A stretch of 64,000 nucleotides of DNA. Origin: Sphaerodactylus townsendi (taxonomy: Eukaryota). The stretch lies in NCBI RefSeq assembly GCF_021028975.2, contig NC_059429.1, forward strand, positions 98,332,001-98,396,000, given 5' to 3'. Position numbers and translations under genes: made by a program. How positions within the stretch are numbered: position 1 is the first letter of the stretch; every line of letters starts with the position of its first letter. The notes beneath the pieces were generated by a model. The model was not told the DNA's origin, did no database searches, and saw only the letters and a program-made list of their open reading frames with translations. Below are positions 36,509-48,771 of this stretch, one piece after another.

Positions 36509-36847
36509 ATGAGTGGGAATCGATCCCTGAAGAAACGATGTGGGGAATTGCATTTGGAATCCCCTGTGCGTTATGGTCACGTTCCTTCTGCAGGATGTTC
36601 ATTAAGCAAGTTGATTCAGTTGCCGACACCACCTTTGTCAAAGCACCAATTAAAACGGTTAGAAGAACACAGGTATCAAAGTGCTGGACGGTCCCTGCTT
36701 GAACCGTTAATGCAAGGTTATTGGGAATGGTTAGTTAGAAGAATACCAGCTTGGATCGCTCCTAATCTGATTACAATAGTTGGACTGATAATAAACATCT
36801 GTACAACTGTAATATTAGTGTGTTATTGTCCAACAGCTACAGAGCAG
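36509..36847 (+). CDS. CEPT1: CEPT1 (choline/ethanolamine phosphotransferase 1) first coding exon
   Basis: [13 protein letters not shown]...[30 protein letters not shown]...APNLIT...CPTATEQ. Acceptor near 36436; donor CAG|GTAAGC. Confidence 0.97.
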
Positions 36848-38275
36848 GTAAGCAAAAGGTCCCTGACAATTTCTTTTGAGAGAACGGGTTGTGCTTTTCT
36901 TAAATGATGCAGTATTATATTTTTGCTTTGGAATTAGGTATTGTGGTTGTAGTTTATGCCTTTGTAATTGAGAAATGAGAAATTTCAGAACATCAGTATG
37001 TAAGGAACTTTAAATCAAGCCACAATGATTTCAAAATGTGGTGTAATTTGCACAAGCTTTTTCTAACATTAGTACCATTGAAATATCTGCTAACGTATGT
37101 CTGTGATAGAAGAAAGGATTTGGAGAAAACGTAGAATTGTGGTCACAGAAACTGAAAGAGTCCCAGTGTATCAAACATACAAATGGAAAATACATTACTT
37201 TTGAATGCCAGCATTAGTCACCCTCAAGATTAGACACGTTGAGGGTATTTTTTTATGCTGATGGAAAGCAGCCCTGAAATATGGGGAATTGCTCAAGAGT
37301 CTAAATTTAGAATATTGTTTCAGGAGACTCCTTTAAATACAAGAAGTTTAATCTCAGCTATACCTTTGTATTGTTATGAAATTTCTACAAAATAAGTCCT
37401 AAGCTATTCAGTACTACACTAGTAAACCGTGTTCATTTTGAGATACCTGTTTATCTGCCTGTGTTGACATAGTGCTTAGCAGCTGTTAAGAAAGATTGGT
37501 CATTTCAGACTCACTTGCAACAGAGAGATTGCTACTGATTTGTAACGGATTGTGTGATGAGGGTGTGTGGTCAAGCTAGTGGGGCTGAGGCTCCGTGAAA
37601 GTGTCTTTGCTTTGCATATATAAGGTCCCAGTTAAAAGTACCAAGCGACAGGTGATGTGAAAAACCTGAAACCCACTGCTGAGCCACTGACCTTGATAGA
37701 CTTTGATAGACCTTGATGGACTAATGGTTTGATTCAGTATATGTATGACCATGTGTGAATTATTTGAAAAAATTCAAAGAGATGCGGGCTGGTTTTTAAC
37801 TCAGAATTCCCGGACAGATGCTGACTCTTAGACTTTCCAAACTAGATTTGAACTAAAGAGGCTTCCCAGTGGCATGGGAAGGTTCCCAAAGTGAAAAAGT
37901 CTCCTCACCGCAGAGAAGTCCCATCGGGCTTATTAGATTTGCGTCACCTATTTGGTGGCTCAAGTCTGAAGTCCTGACCACCGGCATGGCAGCAAATGGC
38001 TGAGAGGAAGCTGACTAACGTTGGCTCATCCCCTGGCCATGGCCACGCTTGCCTCCACTATGCCAGCAGCAGGGGTTCTGGGACACTGGCACTGTGTTTG
38101 GCCCTGCATCCGAGCACTTGAGGGTGGGCACAGCATCTGCCCACCAGTGGCCTCACCCCTCTGCCTGGGCAAGTGCTCTAGGGAGAGCAGTCTACCTGCG
38201 CAGCCATGCGCCACTCCCACCTTTCCCCCACTTTGAATGGGGCTATACGAGTGCTAGTAACTAATGGTACTAGAT

Positions 38276-38414
38276 CAGGGGTCTGCAACCTGCGGCTCTC
38301 CAGATGTTCATGGACTACAAATCCCATCAGCCCCCTGCAATTGGCCATGCTGGCAGGGGCTGATGGGATTTGTAGTCCATGAACATCTGGAGAGCCGCAG
38401 GTTGCAGACCCCTG
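38276..38414. mobile_element. Palindromic hAT-type MITE (139 bp)
   Basis: 59-bp perfect inverted arms starting CAGGGGT; 8-bp TSD TACTAGAT/CACTAGAT (7 of 8 match). Confidence 0.9.
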
Positions 38415-39514
38415 CACTAGATCGACCCTCAGTAACTGAAACATCACAGTTTAAACATCCAGCATTTTATAAGATTCTCTTTCATATTGTCATTCATTAC
38501 TACAGCTAGCATTAGCAACACTGGCATTTTTTCTCAAACAGAAATCGAGGAGGAGTGATATATTACTCTCAAGACATACAACCTCAAAGCCCCAGAAACT
38601 GGACCCCTTATCTTGCACTGCTTGCTTTACATATTTATGCTACTTCATGGGAACTCCTGTATGGGGTAATTGCTCAGGAAAGCACCAGAATTTGCTGATG
38701 TCAGCCTTGCACATTCTCAGTACATAAGTATGATTTATGCTGCTTTTAAAATAATGTAGAGAATGTTGCTTTACAAGCAAGTGCCAGTATGAAACATGGT
38801 ATTTAGCAAACAGTCATATGAGCAATAACTATGAGAATTGTAAGTTTCCATATATTGGGTTACAGTTAAAATGCTGATCAAACTCTGAGTAGCCGTCTGT
38901 AGTCACATTCACACCGCACTGTGTATGTATGCTCCTGACAGAGGGTATGCTTGTGTTTCTATGATGCTTGCATAGAACATGAGATTAACTGAATACATGC
39001 TGTCGTTATAGTTAGAGAGGACATTTTAGGATGTCATTGAAGTAATATATACAGTGAGGAGGAGGAGCAAAACTGCAGTGTGCTGTGTATCTTCATCTTT
39101 CCTGACAGACTAATTGCACATCAGAATAGTTCTTATTAACGTTACCATTCATAGTTTTGCTTACATATGACAAATTAAGGGGAAAACTAGAGAACTTCAA
39201 ATACTAATGCCTGCCTCTGTAATAAAGTTGTAGGTATTTATTTGTATAGTCATGTATAGTTAGATGAAATGTAAACTTTAATCTTTCTGGTAGCAAGGGC
39301 AGATAAGCACTGATGGAAGTTTGGTCTACTGCCAATCACTATCCTGGCTGGCTTACTTTTCGATCAGTCACCATATTATTCTGTATTATGCCCTCTACTT
39401 AAGAGGTTTTTGAATTAAAAATCGTTCTGCAAACTAATGCAGCTATGCCATATCCTGTATTCTTTCTAACCAGCCACACATGGAAAATGCAGAGAAAGGA
39501 AAAGCTTTGCCAAG

Positions 39515-40325
39515 TTTTATTTATTTATTTATTTTATTCATCACTTACATTTGCTATACTGGCCACCCCGAAGGGCTCTGAGTTGTGCACAGTCTAAAAC
39601 AACAAATAATACATAAATTTTTAAATGTTAAAATTGTACATCAGACCACATAAACACTTAACAGATGGCGAAAACAACTCTACAAACTGGAGCAGTCAGA
39701 ATCAATACCTCCTTCAATATAGGGAATGGCACACACATCAGCAACTGTCTCCCCCAAAGGGCAGAACAACTCTGTTTTGCAGGCCCTGCAGAACTGCCCA
39801 AGTTCCCACAGGGCCCGGATGGTCAGAGGCAAAGTGTTCCACCAGGCTGGGGTCAGGGCACTGAAGGCCCTGGCCTGGATGCAGGCCAGCCACATCATAG
39901 AGGGGCCAGAGACCACCAGTAAATTGGCCTCTGCAGAGCACAGAGGCCAAGTGGGGACATAGGGGAGGAGACAATTCTGTAGATATGAGGGTCCCAGGCC
40001 ATGGAGTGCCTTAAAGGTTAGCACAAATACCTTGAAGGTGATCTGGTTTTCAATTGGGAGTCAATGCAAGCGGGGCAAAATGGGGGAGATGTGATCCCAC
40101 ATAGAAGCCCCCATAGAAGTCATGCTTCTGCATGCTGGACCAATTTCCGGATCAACGCAAGCGAAGGCCCGCGTAGAGCGAGTTGCAACAGTCTACCCTG
40201 GAGGTGTCCATGGCATGGACCTCTGTGGCCAGGTCAGTCTGGGAGTGATAGGGGGCCAAGCATCAAGCTTGACTTAGATGGAAAAACGCCACTTGGACCA
40301 TGTGAGTCACCTGGGTCTCCATAGA
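39515..40325 (-). mobile_element. L2-type LINE 3' portion
   Basis: LTFKALHGLGPSYLQNCL...RAFSALTPAWWNTLP...FCRACKTELF followed by 3' UTR and (TAAA)n tail. Confidence 0.85.
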
Positions 40326-40407
40326 TAGTTTTCTGTAGTCTATGGTTGTTATTATTTTGCCCCATTATGTTGGTCTCTGTTGTATATGATTCTGTAATCT
40401 CATGTCT

Positions 40408-40485
40408 ATAGACAATAACACTAGGAGATGTTGAAAGCGTTAGGAAAAGAGGAAGACCCCAAATGAAATGGATTGGCTCTATATT
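40408..40485 (+). mobile_element. RTE/BovB-type LINE ORF C-terminal fragment
   Basis: Translates to TITLGDVESVRKRGRPQMKWIGS, resembling the RTE motif GKVEGxRKRGRPxxRW. Confidence 0.6.
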
Positions 40486-42135
40486 ACTGGATAAGAATTA
40501 GCAGATCAGGGAAAAAAGAAAATGGAATCAAATCTTAGTTACAATTAGTTCTAAAGAGCAATAGCCTCATCCAAAGGGGGGGGGGGTGCGCGAATCCACT
40601 TGTGGGAGTGGCACACTGGCTGCCTGGCAGATTTTCCCTCCCCAAGGATTTGCGCTTGCCCAGCAAAAGAGAGAATCCAGCAGCATGTAGCCATCGCACC
40701 CCCTCCCCTCCCAGTGCTGAACACATTGCCAGCACCTCTTCCCCACAGGAGGCATGGCAGGGTGTAGTGGGTGTGTGGCCTGGGAGGAACGGACAATAGG
40801 CGGTTCCCTCCCAGCCATTCAGCATGATATGCTGGTAAACTGCTATTGAGATTTACCTTTTGGGTATGAAACCTGGTGGGGTTTGTGAAGACCAGTGGGG
40901 GCTTCTTGCTGGCGGGGAGGCTTTCACGCTTGTGCAGCCTCCCTACGCTGCCGGGAAACGCCTTTGGGAGCAGCAGTGCAGTGAACTTGTGGATGAGGCT
41001 ATAAGAGAGATTACAAGATTATATGTGAAATGTTATATAAAAACCAACACAAACAAAAAACACCAGACTGGCCATTGTTGATATAAATTCTAATAATCCA
41101 GAATAAGTGAGAAAACATTGATGAATGTTTACTGTTGACTCTGTAGAAGAAGCCATGGTTCTCAGTTTGCAAGACCTGAGCAAACAATACGATGTTTTGG
41201 AGGGCATTGATGCATAGGATCGCCTTGAATAGGAAGCAGCTTGACACCACTTAACACACACACACATCTGTAGACACTGTAAAATACTTTCATGAAAGTT
41301 TGCAATCCAATGCCAGCTTCAGACAATAATAATTCTGTACATTTTAAGGTTTTAAGATAAATTTGGAGATTATTATCTTTTTTTTAAAAGCATAATACTG
41401 ACCTGCAGGTGGGCCCTACGCTAATTCTGCATTCCATGGAATCCTCAACAAACAAACCTTTGCCATATGTTCCACAAAATAATAAGTGTTAACTATTGTT
41501 TTGTTATAATGAGAAAATTTATCTGTGGAATATCAAGCTTCTCTTATATTTAGATTTCCTGAAAAACTCCCTTATTGTAATTCATTTCAATACATATTTA
41601 TAGTTATATGGTACCATATTCAAGGATGGGATTGGTAGGAAAACAGGTGCTTAATAATACTTTGACTGTTACCAAGAATACCACAGTAATAAAATACAAG
41701 AATAAAATATTTCCACTTGACTACAGGACACTTGAAATTTTCTTAACAGTTTTGAAAATGTTATGAAGTAATAATGTAGACTGCTTGAAGCTCAGCTAAA
41801 GGTCTTATTTGAAAATCCCTGTATATTTGGTTATAATGGTTTATTTACTTACTGTCATGGTTGAGCAAAGCAAGGAGGAAAGTGTTAAGAGATCATTATA
41901 AAAGTGCTGACCCCCTGCAACCTCATATTTCTGAAGTATTCATAAGGTTCCAGCATATCAAAATGTGGATATCCCACAGCAGAACTGATTAAGTGTTTGC
42001 CCAGGCAGTTTGGGTGAACACGTGCTCATTGGGGAGTTTGTCATTTATCAATTATTTTTTTTAATCTTGGGGATTTGGAAGGTTATATAAATATACCTGT
42101 TAAAGTTGAACAACAGATTACTTCTTCTATTAAAA

Positions 42136-43141
42136 CTAGCGGGGCCCGGCCACACGTTGCTGTGGCAACTGTCCTTCTCATCACAGTCTGCAACCCACAC
42201 AGATGTCCATGCTGGTCCAATGATCTGCAGCATAGCCTTTTGGGGTGGTCAAATGGAATCCCTCTTTCCCTTTTCAATGCACATTGTTATGTGGTGGTGT
42301 CTTGTTTTTTTAGTATAAGGTAACCCTTTCCATTCCACAACAGAACTGTCCAGAGTGCGAATCTCGCTGTCCATGAGGCTGGTTGACACGCACAGTCCTG
42401 GCTTGGGTAAGGCAGAACTGGGGCAAGGAGGCTATCCCAGTCAGGCAGCAGAGGCAGGGTGGTGAGGCGCTCAGATCGAGGCCAGCTCCCTAGGTTCTTA
42501 AAGGGCCATGTGCAAAAGAAGCGGAGCCAGTAGAGTTGGTTCGCCCCCACCCTGTGGATTTTCTTAGAAGAAAAAGGCAAACTCCAGCTCGCTTTTAGTA
42601 AAAGAGAGCTGTGGCGAATATGGGTGAGGAAGTGGGTAAGTGGTGGTTGGATGTGAGGGAGGGTAGAGTGATGTGTGTGGGGATGAGCTGGATGTGTATG
42701 AAAGTATGTGTGTTATGTGGTAGCAGTGGGTGAGGCACAGAGAGTGAAAGTTACCTGCATGTGGGGGGGGACCCCACCTGGTGTCTCACACGGCAAAGTG
42801 TGTGTGTGTGTTTCACTTCCTGTCGTATTACCTAACAGTGTTACCTATTTACTGTTTTCAATGCTCATCTCTGCCCATCTGGACAAACATTCTAAGCCCT
42901 TAGGCCACAGACAGACAGGCTGCACGAACATTCTAAGGGTGACAGTTAAACACATCCAGCTTCACGGCCTGGTGCGCCAGGAAAAAGATGTTTTACCTGG
43001 CTCAGGTATGGACTTTCGGCGATTTGAAGGTCTGATTACCTGCCCGCAACAGGGAGGAACGTCATGTGAAAATTTGGGGGCGATCCGTCCAGCCATTTTG
43101 ACGTTAGGGAGTGACTAACAAAGTCACTGTTCCTATCTAGG
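42136..43141 (-). mobile_element. Non-autonomous Helitron
   Basis: The minus strand ends in hairpin GCCACA-gcaacg-TGTGGC, 9 nt, then CTAG|T. Internal (ACAG)n and an aaatttgggggcgatccgtccagcc motif. The 5' boundary is approximate. Confidence 0.6.
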
Positions 43142-43556
43142 TTATGGTGAGCCACCGGCAGAAAGTGAGTGAGTACTTTAATGCTTCACAGAGGACTCAA
43201 GAAACAAACCATGCCCATTCTGAAAGCTGTAAAATTTACTTCCTTGTTAGCAGAGAGAGGAAAAATCAGCAGATTTAACATACCAAAGTTGTTAAAATTA
43301 ATTTATAGAAAACATTTAGTCTCATTTTCCATAGGCAGCATTAAGGTACAATTATTATTTATCAGACAGTTTACTAAATTAGCAGGCTGTTGCCACTTTT
43401 TTCGTGAAATATGTTTTGATTTAATTTGCTTTATTCATTTAATGCACCACTGTATCATACAAGTGTCAGTATTTGTATTCAACTACAGAAAATTAAGGAG
43501 GGTTTTTTCACATGTGAGAAATATGGCTAATTTACATTTCATTGCTGTTCTCTCAG

Positions 43557-43704
43557 GCACCTGCTTGGGCGTATATTGCATGTGCTTGTGGTCTTTTCAT
43601 ATACCAGTCCTTGGATGCCATAGATGGAAAACAGGCAAGAAGAACAAATACTAGTAGCCCTTTGGGAGAACTTTTTGACCATGGCTGTGACTCACTGTCT
43701 ACAG
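43557..43704 (+). CDS. CEPT1: CEPT1 coding exon 2 (CDP-alcohol phosphotransferase motif)
   Basis: [49 protein letters not shown] contains the DxxDGxxAR...GxxxDxxxD signature; 148 nt. Confidence 0.97.
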
Positions 43705-44429
43705 GTATTTACTACTAAAATATACTTGTTGATTGAATGATTTATACTCTGGAGTATATGTAGAGTACAAAACTGGAAAAAAAATCCTTGGATGTTTTTG
43801 CAAAATGAAAATAATGCACTGTGATTATATTGGAGTCCCAGCATAAGTTTTCATGATTTGCAAAAGCTTACGGTAGAATAGATTTTGTTAGTCTGTAAGG
43901 TACAATTACACTCCTGTTTAGTTTTGCTATTGCAGATTAACATAGCTATCCTTCTGGAATTGTGATGTTATTGTTGCCACATTTTGGAGATTTTGATTGT
44001 ATGTTTAACACAGTATATAAATTTGGTTAGTAACTTCATATTCATTAATGTACAGTGCAGTCTTAAACACAAGTCTAAACCTATCAAAAGAATTGGTCTT
44101 AGACATGAGTAACTCTGTCAAGGTTTTTATTGTTAAATCCTAGTTAACAAAATTGTATTACCACTCAAAATATTTTAAATATATATATTTTATATTTAAA
44201 TAAGCAATCCTCCCTGAACTGAAGCAGGAGTTTGTTTTTTGGGGGGGGGAGCAGGGGCGGGGGTTGGATTTGTTTTCACTTTCATTGTTGAAAAACACAG
44301 CTCAATCTGCTGGGAGAAATAACTGTTTAGATGCGGTACAGGGCTATACCTGTGCATTTGCACTCTCTGCCAGGGTAAGGGGGGGCCCACCAGTGGAGAG
44401 TGCAAGGTGTCCAGGTTCCCCACATCTTT

Positions 44430-44478
44430 TCCGCTGGCCCCCTTCCGCTGGCCCCTTTCGCTGGCCCTTCCGCCGGCC
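44430..44478. repeat. 13-bp GC-rich minisatellite
   Basis: About 3.7 copies of ttccgctggcccc. Confidence 0.8.
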
Positions 44479-44674
44479 TCTACATCTGGGCCTATAACAT
44501 CTATCTAGACCTACCGTTCTCCCTGGGGGTGGAAGAATTTAATATTAGGCACCGGGCGCCACCTACACCTATGCCTATATTTATTTTACATTTAAATGCT
44601 AATGTTTAGCTAGTTTTCGCTGCTTTTATAAGTTTTAGCCTATTTATGATGTTTTAAAATTGTATTTATTATCT

Positions 44675-44748
44675 GCTGTACACCGCCCAGAGCCCCTCGG
44701 GGATGGGGCGGTCTAGAAGCCCAAAGTATAAATAAATAAATAAATAAA
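44675..44748 (+). mobile_element. LINE (L2-like) 3' end with (AAAT)n tail
   Basis: gctgtacaccgcccagagcccctcggggatggggcggtctagaa, nearly identical to 27575-27620. Confidence 0.7.
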
Positions 44749-46308
44749 CTGTGGCAAAACCCAGAAGGGGATACCACTGCGGAGTTATGCTGGTGTCTGA
44801 ACAGACACTGGTGCAAGGGAGCAGGTGGGCTGGTGCATTCCCGGGGGGGCTTTCAGACATCTGGGTTTTTTTCCTGCTGCCTTCCAGCACTGCCTGAAAG
44901 CCCCGTGTAGACTGCATGGCAGTCCCTGGCCCCTGGGGGCTAATGGATTGGGCTGCCCATTTCAGTGTGCTTTCAACTGCCTCTTTGAAGTTTTGCGTGT
45001 TTCTTATGCATGTCCTAAAGGTTATAATTAAGTGTGTAAAAGCTCCCAAATGCTGGCTTTAAAGTTCTGTGTACTCTCTGACCTAGGTGATAGACAGTGG
45101 ATCAAGGAAGTTCCCAAATCTTGGAAGCAAAAGAGTTGTACAATCCCTAATTTCTTCCTTCAAGGCAACTGGGCTAAAGCTTACCCATCTAAATTCTTTT
45201 AATATAAATTTTGTATCTGATTGTGTTAACTTTGCTGCACTTCAGTAATACTTAGAAAAAAACACTAAAATGACCTTCCAGTTGCGCAGACAGCAAACTC
45301 TCATAAGTGCATTTACAATAAAGTGCTGTAATTTGGATTCTCTCTGCTTGAACCAGCCAACCCCATTAGAGTGTGTTGTGATTAGGCTACACCATGCCTG
45401 GGTAGGCTTTGCATAATAGAACAAAAAGTTTATTGACATGAGCCTGTAGCTTTTAAAAAGAGTCCATGGCTAAGTGCACTCCCATTGAGCAGTGCCTCAC
45501 TGTTTCAGGACTGCCTTCTTAAAATCCATGCATGGTGTGTGCATTCAAAATACTTACTCTTACCAGAGTTTTTCGTAATAAAACTGTTTAGACAAGAATC
45601 TATTCGTAGTCAGCTTCAGCTCTGTTGATTCATGTTAAAATTTTATTTTCAAACAAAAAATATTGAAATTTATAGCATTACAATACTTACAAATAATATT
45701 TCCACATATAAGTCTTTCATTGATTTCTGTGAAACTCAGCTATGGAAACCGTTTTCTAAAGTTTGTTGACTTCTGTAGAAAGTAGTTGGAACTGGGATAC
45801 AGGGAAATAAAACAAGTTTCCCCCCTTGTTTCCCTTTTCCCTTGGTATATTTGTGGAATGAACAAGCTATTGAAGCTTGTTAAGGATTAGTTTTAAGGAG
45901 AGGATCCGATGGGAGAAATCACTGTTTAGATGTGGTGCAGGGTTTGTTGCTCTGTAGAAATAATCACCTGTTGATAGCCTGTTGCAAACCTGTGTCGAAA
46001 GATATGATCCGGTTGCCCATTAGTTTTTACTATTGGTGTAATCATGATTACTATGAGTAATACTATTATTGTTGATATAAATATTTTAGGGTTTTAAAAA
46101 CATATATACATTTTATGTTCAGTTTTTAAATGGTATAATTCTGAGACATAAGCCAAATTAATGTAAACTCTGATGAAATTGTGTGCTTCCAGGTGTACGT
46201 TTTACTTATCTCTTAGAAAGTTCAAATTTTGACATACCAGTGCTATGCTTTAACAAATCCACCAAGTCATAAATAAAAGCATCTGTTTCATATCACAGTA
46301 TATTGAAT

Positions 46309-46457
46309 CAGAGGCATAGCAAGGGGGGAAAGCGCCCAGTGCACTGGTGCATCCTCTGCCCCCGTCCCGCCCCGGAACGCCCTCAACACACACCCCCCCC
46401 CCGGGGCGTGCGCCCAGTGCATCACACACACCCCGTCCCCTTGGAGCTACACCTCTG
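46309..46457. mobile_element. hAT-type MITE with perfect 8-bp TSD
   Basis: TATTGAAT|CAGAGGCATAGC ... GCTACACCTCTG|TATTGAAT. Confidence 0.9.
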
Positions 46458-46735
46458 TATTGAATACCATATTGACACACACATTTCGTGTTGATGTGTT
46501 TGGGGCTGTGTAGGGATGGGTGGAGGAAGGGGGAAGTGCGGATGATGTATGAATCTGAAATTGTATGAGTATGATGTATGAGTCTGAAATTGTGTTCATC
46601 GAGGAATGCTCATGTAAATTTCGTTGTGCGTGCACAATGACAATAAAAATGCTTATGCTTATGCTTATTTATTTCTCCTGGCTTTGATTCCAGAAACTGT
46701 AGCTTTTGCTCATTGTAACTGATTTTTCCCTGCAG

Positions 46736-46877
46736 TTTTTGTGGTCTTGGGAACGTGTATTGCTGTGCAGCTGGGGACAAATCCTGACTGGATGTTCTTT
46801 TGCTGTTTTGCTGGGACATTTATGTTTTACTGTGCACATTGGCAGACGTATGTCTCTGGAACATTGCGCTTTGGAAT
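46736..46877 (+). CDS. CEPT1: CEPT1 coding exon 3
   Basis: (V)[46 protein letters not shown](I); 142 nt. Confidence 0.96.
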
Positions 46878-48034
46878 GTAAGTAAACAAGCTAAGAACTA
46901 AGTTGAATATTATCATACGTATTTCTAAGTCAAGTCAGTTAGTGTGCATTTATTGTTTTGTCACCTTTTTTAATTTGAGATTTTTCTACAAACTTGAGGG
47001 TATTGCCAGATTTGTAGAAGCATCCCCCTTTCTGTCGTTGGCCTCTCTGTGTAGATTTCTGATCTATACTCTGGGGCCAGGTTCAGAGTTAGATATATAT
47101 GTGAACTCAGTTGGACTTACTTCTAGGTAAGTGCACATCAGCTTGCTTCATCTTTCATCTCCAATCTTTCTACTTCCTAGAGTTTACCTAGTTTGGCTTA
47201 AGATAAATGTTGTCCTTGTTCTGTGCAGTGGTCTTTGGCCCACATATCTGCACCTCAAGTGTACTTACTGAGCTTCAGGCCAGGGACAGGGTGAACACTT
47301 GATTATTTAATGTCTGTCCTGAAATCTGAGCTAGTGTAATATGATGTGATCTCACAGTCTTCTGATGCTTAGAACTTTCCAGAGCAGTAATGCTAGTTGG
47401 CTCTGTGCAGAGTGATTTTTTTAAAGGACAGACTATTAATTGTGAAGTTGAAAATAGCTGGTTTTGAATCGAGAGGCAATAGTATATGGTTCAAAACAAA
47501 GTTTTTTAAAAGCAAAGTAAGACTTACTGGAGCAGTATGTGAAGATTACATGCCTGAAAATAATCTGGGTTATAAATGAGTTCAAAACGGAAGAGTGAAA
47601 GATGTTCACACACTATATTGGAAGAGCTGCTAGAGTTTGGAAGCACCAAAAGTCAGGAATGTGATTATGGCCTGGTGCTATTTTGTGTTAAACTTGATCT
47701 GAATTTTAGATACAAAAACTTTGCAAGGTTAGCTTATGGTTTGTCCTACAAATTGGTAAAATAGAGCACAGTAAGATTTTCTGTTGATAAAACTTCCTTC
47801 TTATTGTTTCTCTTGTCAGAGATAATTCTTAAGTTATACACATGTTCAAGCCATCTAGTTGCAAATCTGTGGTCTTGGCTAATGATCAGGCACCAAAATA
47901 ATACGATTAAAATATTGCAGATAAAAGTATTGGGTTGGAGCCTATGAACCATGAACAGAATGTGTTAATGGAAAACGTCTCTCCCCTTTCTTCCTTCTAA
48001 AAAGATGCCGCTGTGAGTCAGGGAATAGCATGTA

Positions 48035-48158
48035 GGCCCCTTCCACACATGCAGAATAATGCACGTTCAATCCACTTTTGTTTGCAAGGGAATTTTGCTA
48101 TACCACACAGCTGCAAAGTGCATTGAAAGTGCATTATTCTGCATGTGCGGAAGAGGCC
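48035..48158. mobile_element. Short PIF/Harbinger-type MITE
   Basis: GGCCCCTTCCACACATGCAGAATAATGCAC / GTGCATTATTCTGCATGTGCGGAAGAGGCC. Confidence 0.8.
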
Positions 48159-48636
48159 ATAGAGCTGCAGCTTGACAGGAAGTTAGCAGAAATTAGAAGT
48201 ACCTTCTCTTGCATGAGCTTTACTGGTGTCGAGTGAATCCCGCTTTTGCTGCAGCCTCTGTGCCACATCCTGCTCTGTTCTCAAGAGTCCTCTGACCCTC
48301 TCAAACTGCTTTGGGAGCAGTGGGGGTTACAGAGGGGAGGGTGGGAGATCCGTTTCATGAACTCATTCTGTTTGTGAGTCACAAGGTCCAACTCATAAAA
48401 TTCAAAGAGCACTGCAGAGCCTAAAGTATATCCTGGTCATTGGTTTCATGTAATTGCATGGATCAGACTTTACTATGCTATAAGTTCCTTACAGTTTATG
48501 CAATCATAAAGGAGCATTCTTCTTGTTGTATACCATACTTTACATAGAATTCAAAATCATTTACCATGTCACTCATTTAACATAACTTAATGTAATTAAG
48601 GTTTGCATGTGTTGATGTGTGTTAGCAGTATGTATG

Positions 48637-48771
48637 CAGTGTGGGATTCAACAGGTTCGCACCTCTTCGGCAGAACCAGGTGTTAAAAAGGTGCTTGTAA
48701 ACAACCAGTTATTAAATTAGTTGAATCCCACCATCGGAACTGGTTGTTAAATTATTTGAATCCCACCACTG
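48637..48771. mobile_element. hAT-type MITE
   Basis: CAGTG(G)TGGGATTCAA ... TTGAATCCCACCACTG; imperfect 8-bp flanks TATGTATG/GGTGTATG; the right-end motif is duplicated internally. Confidence 0.7.
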
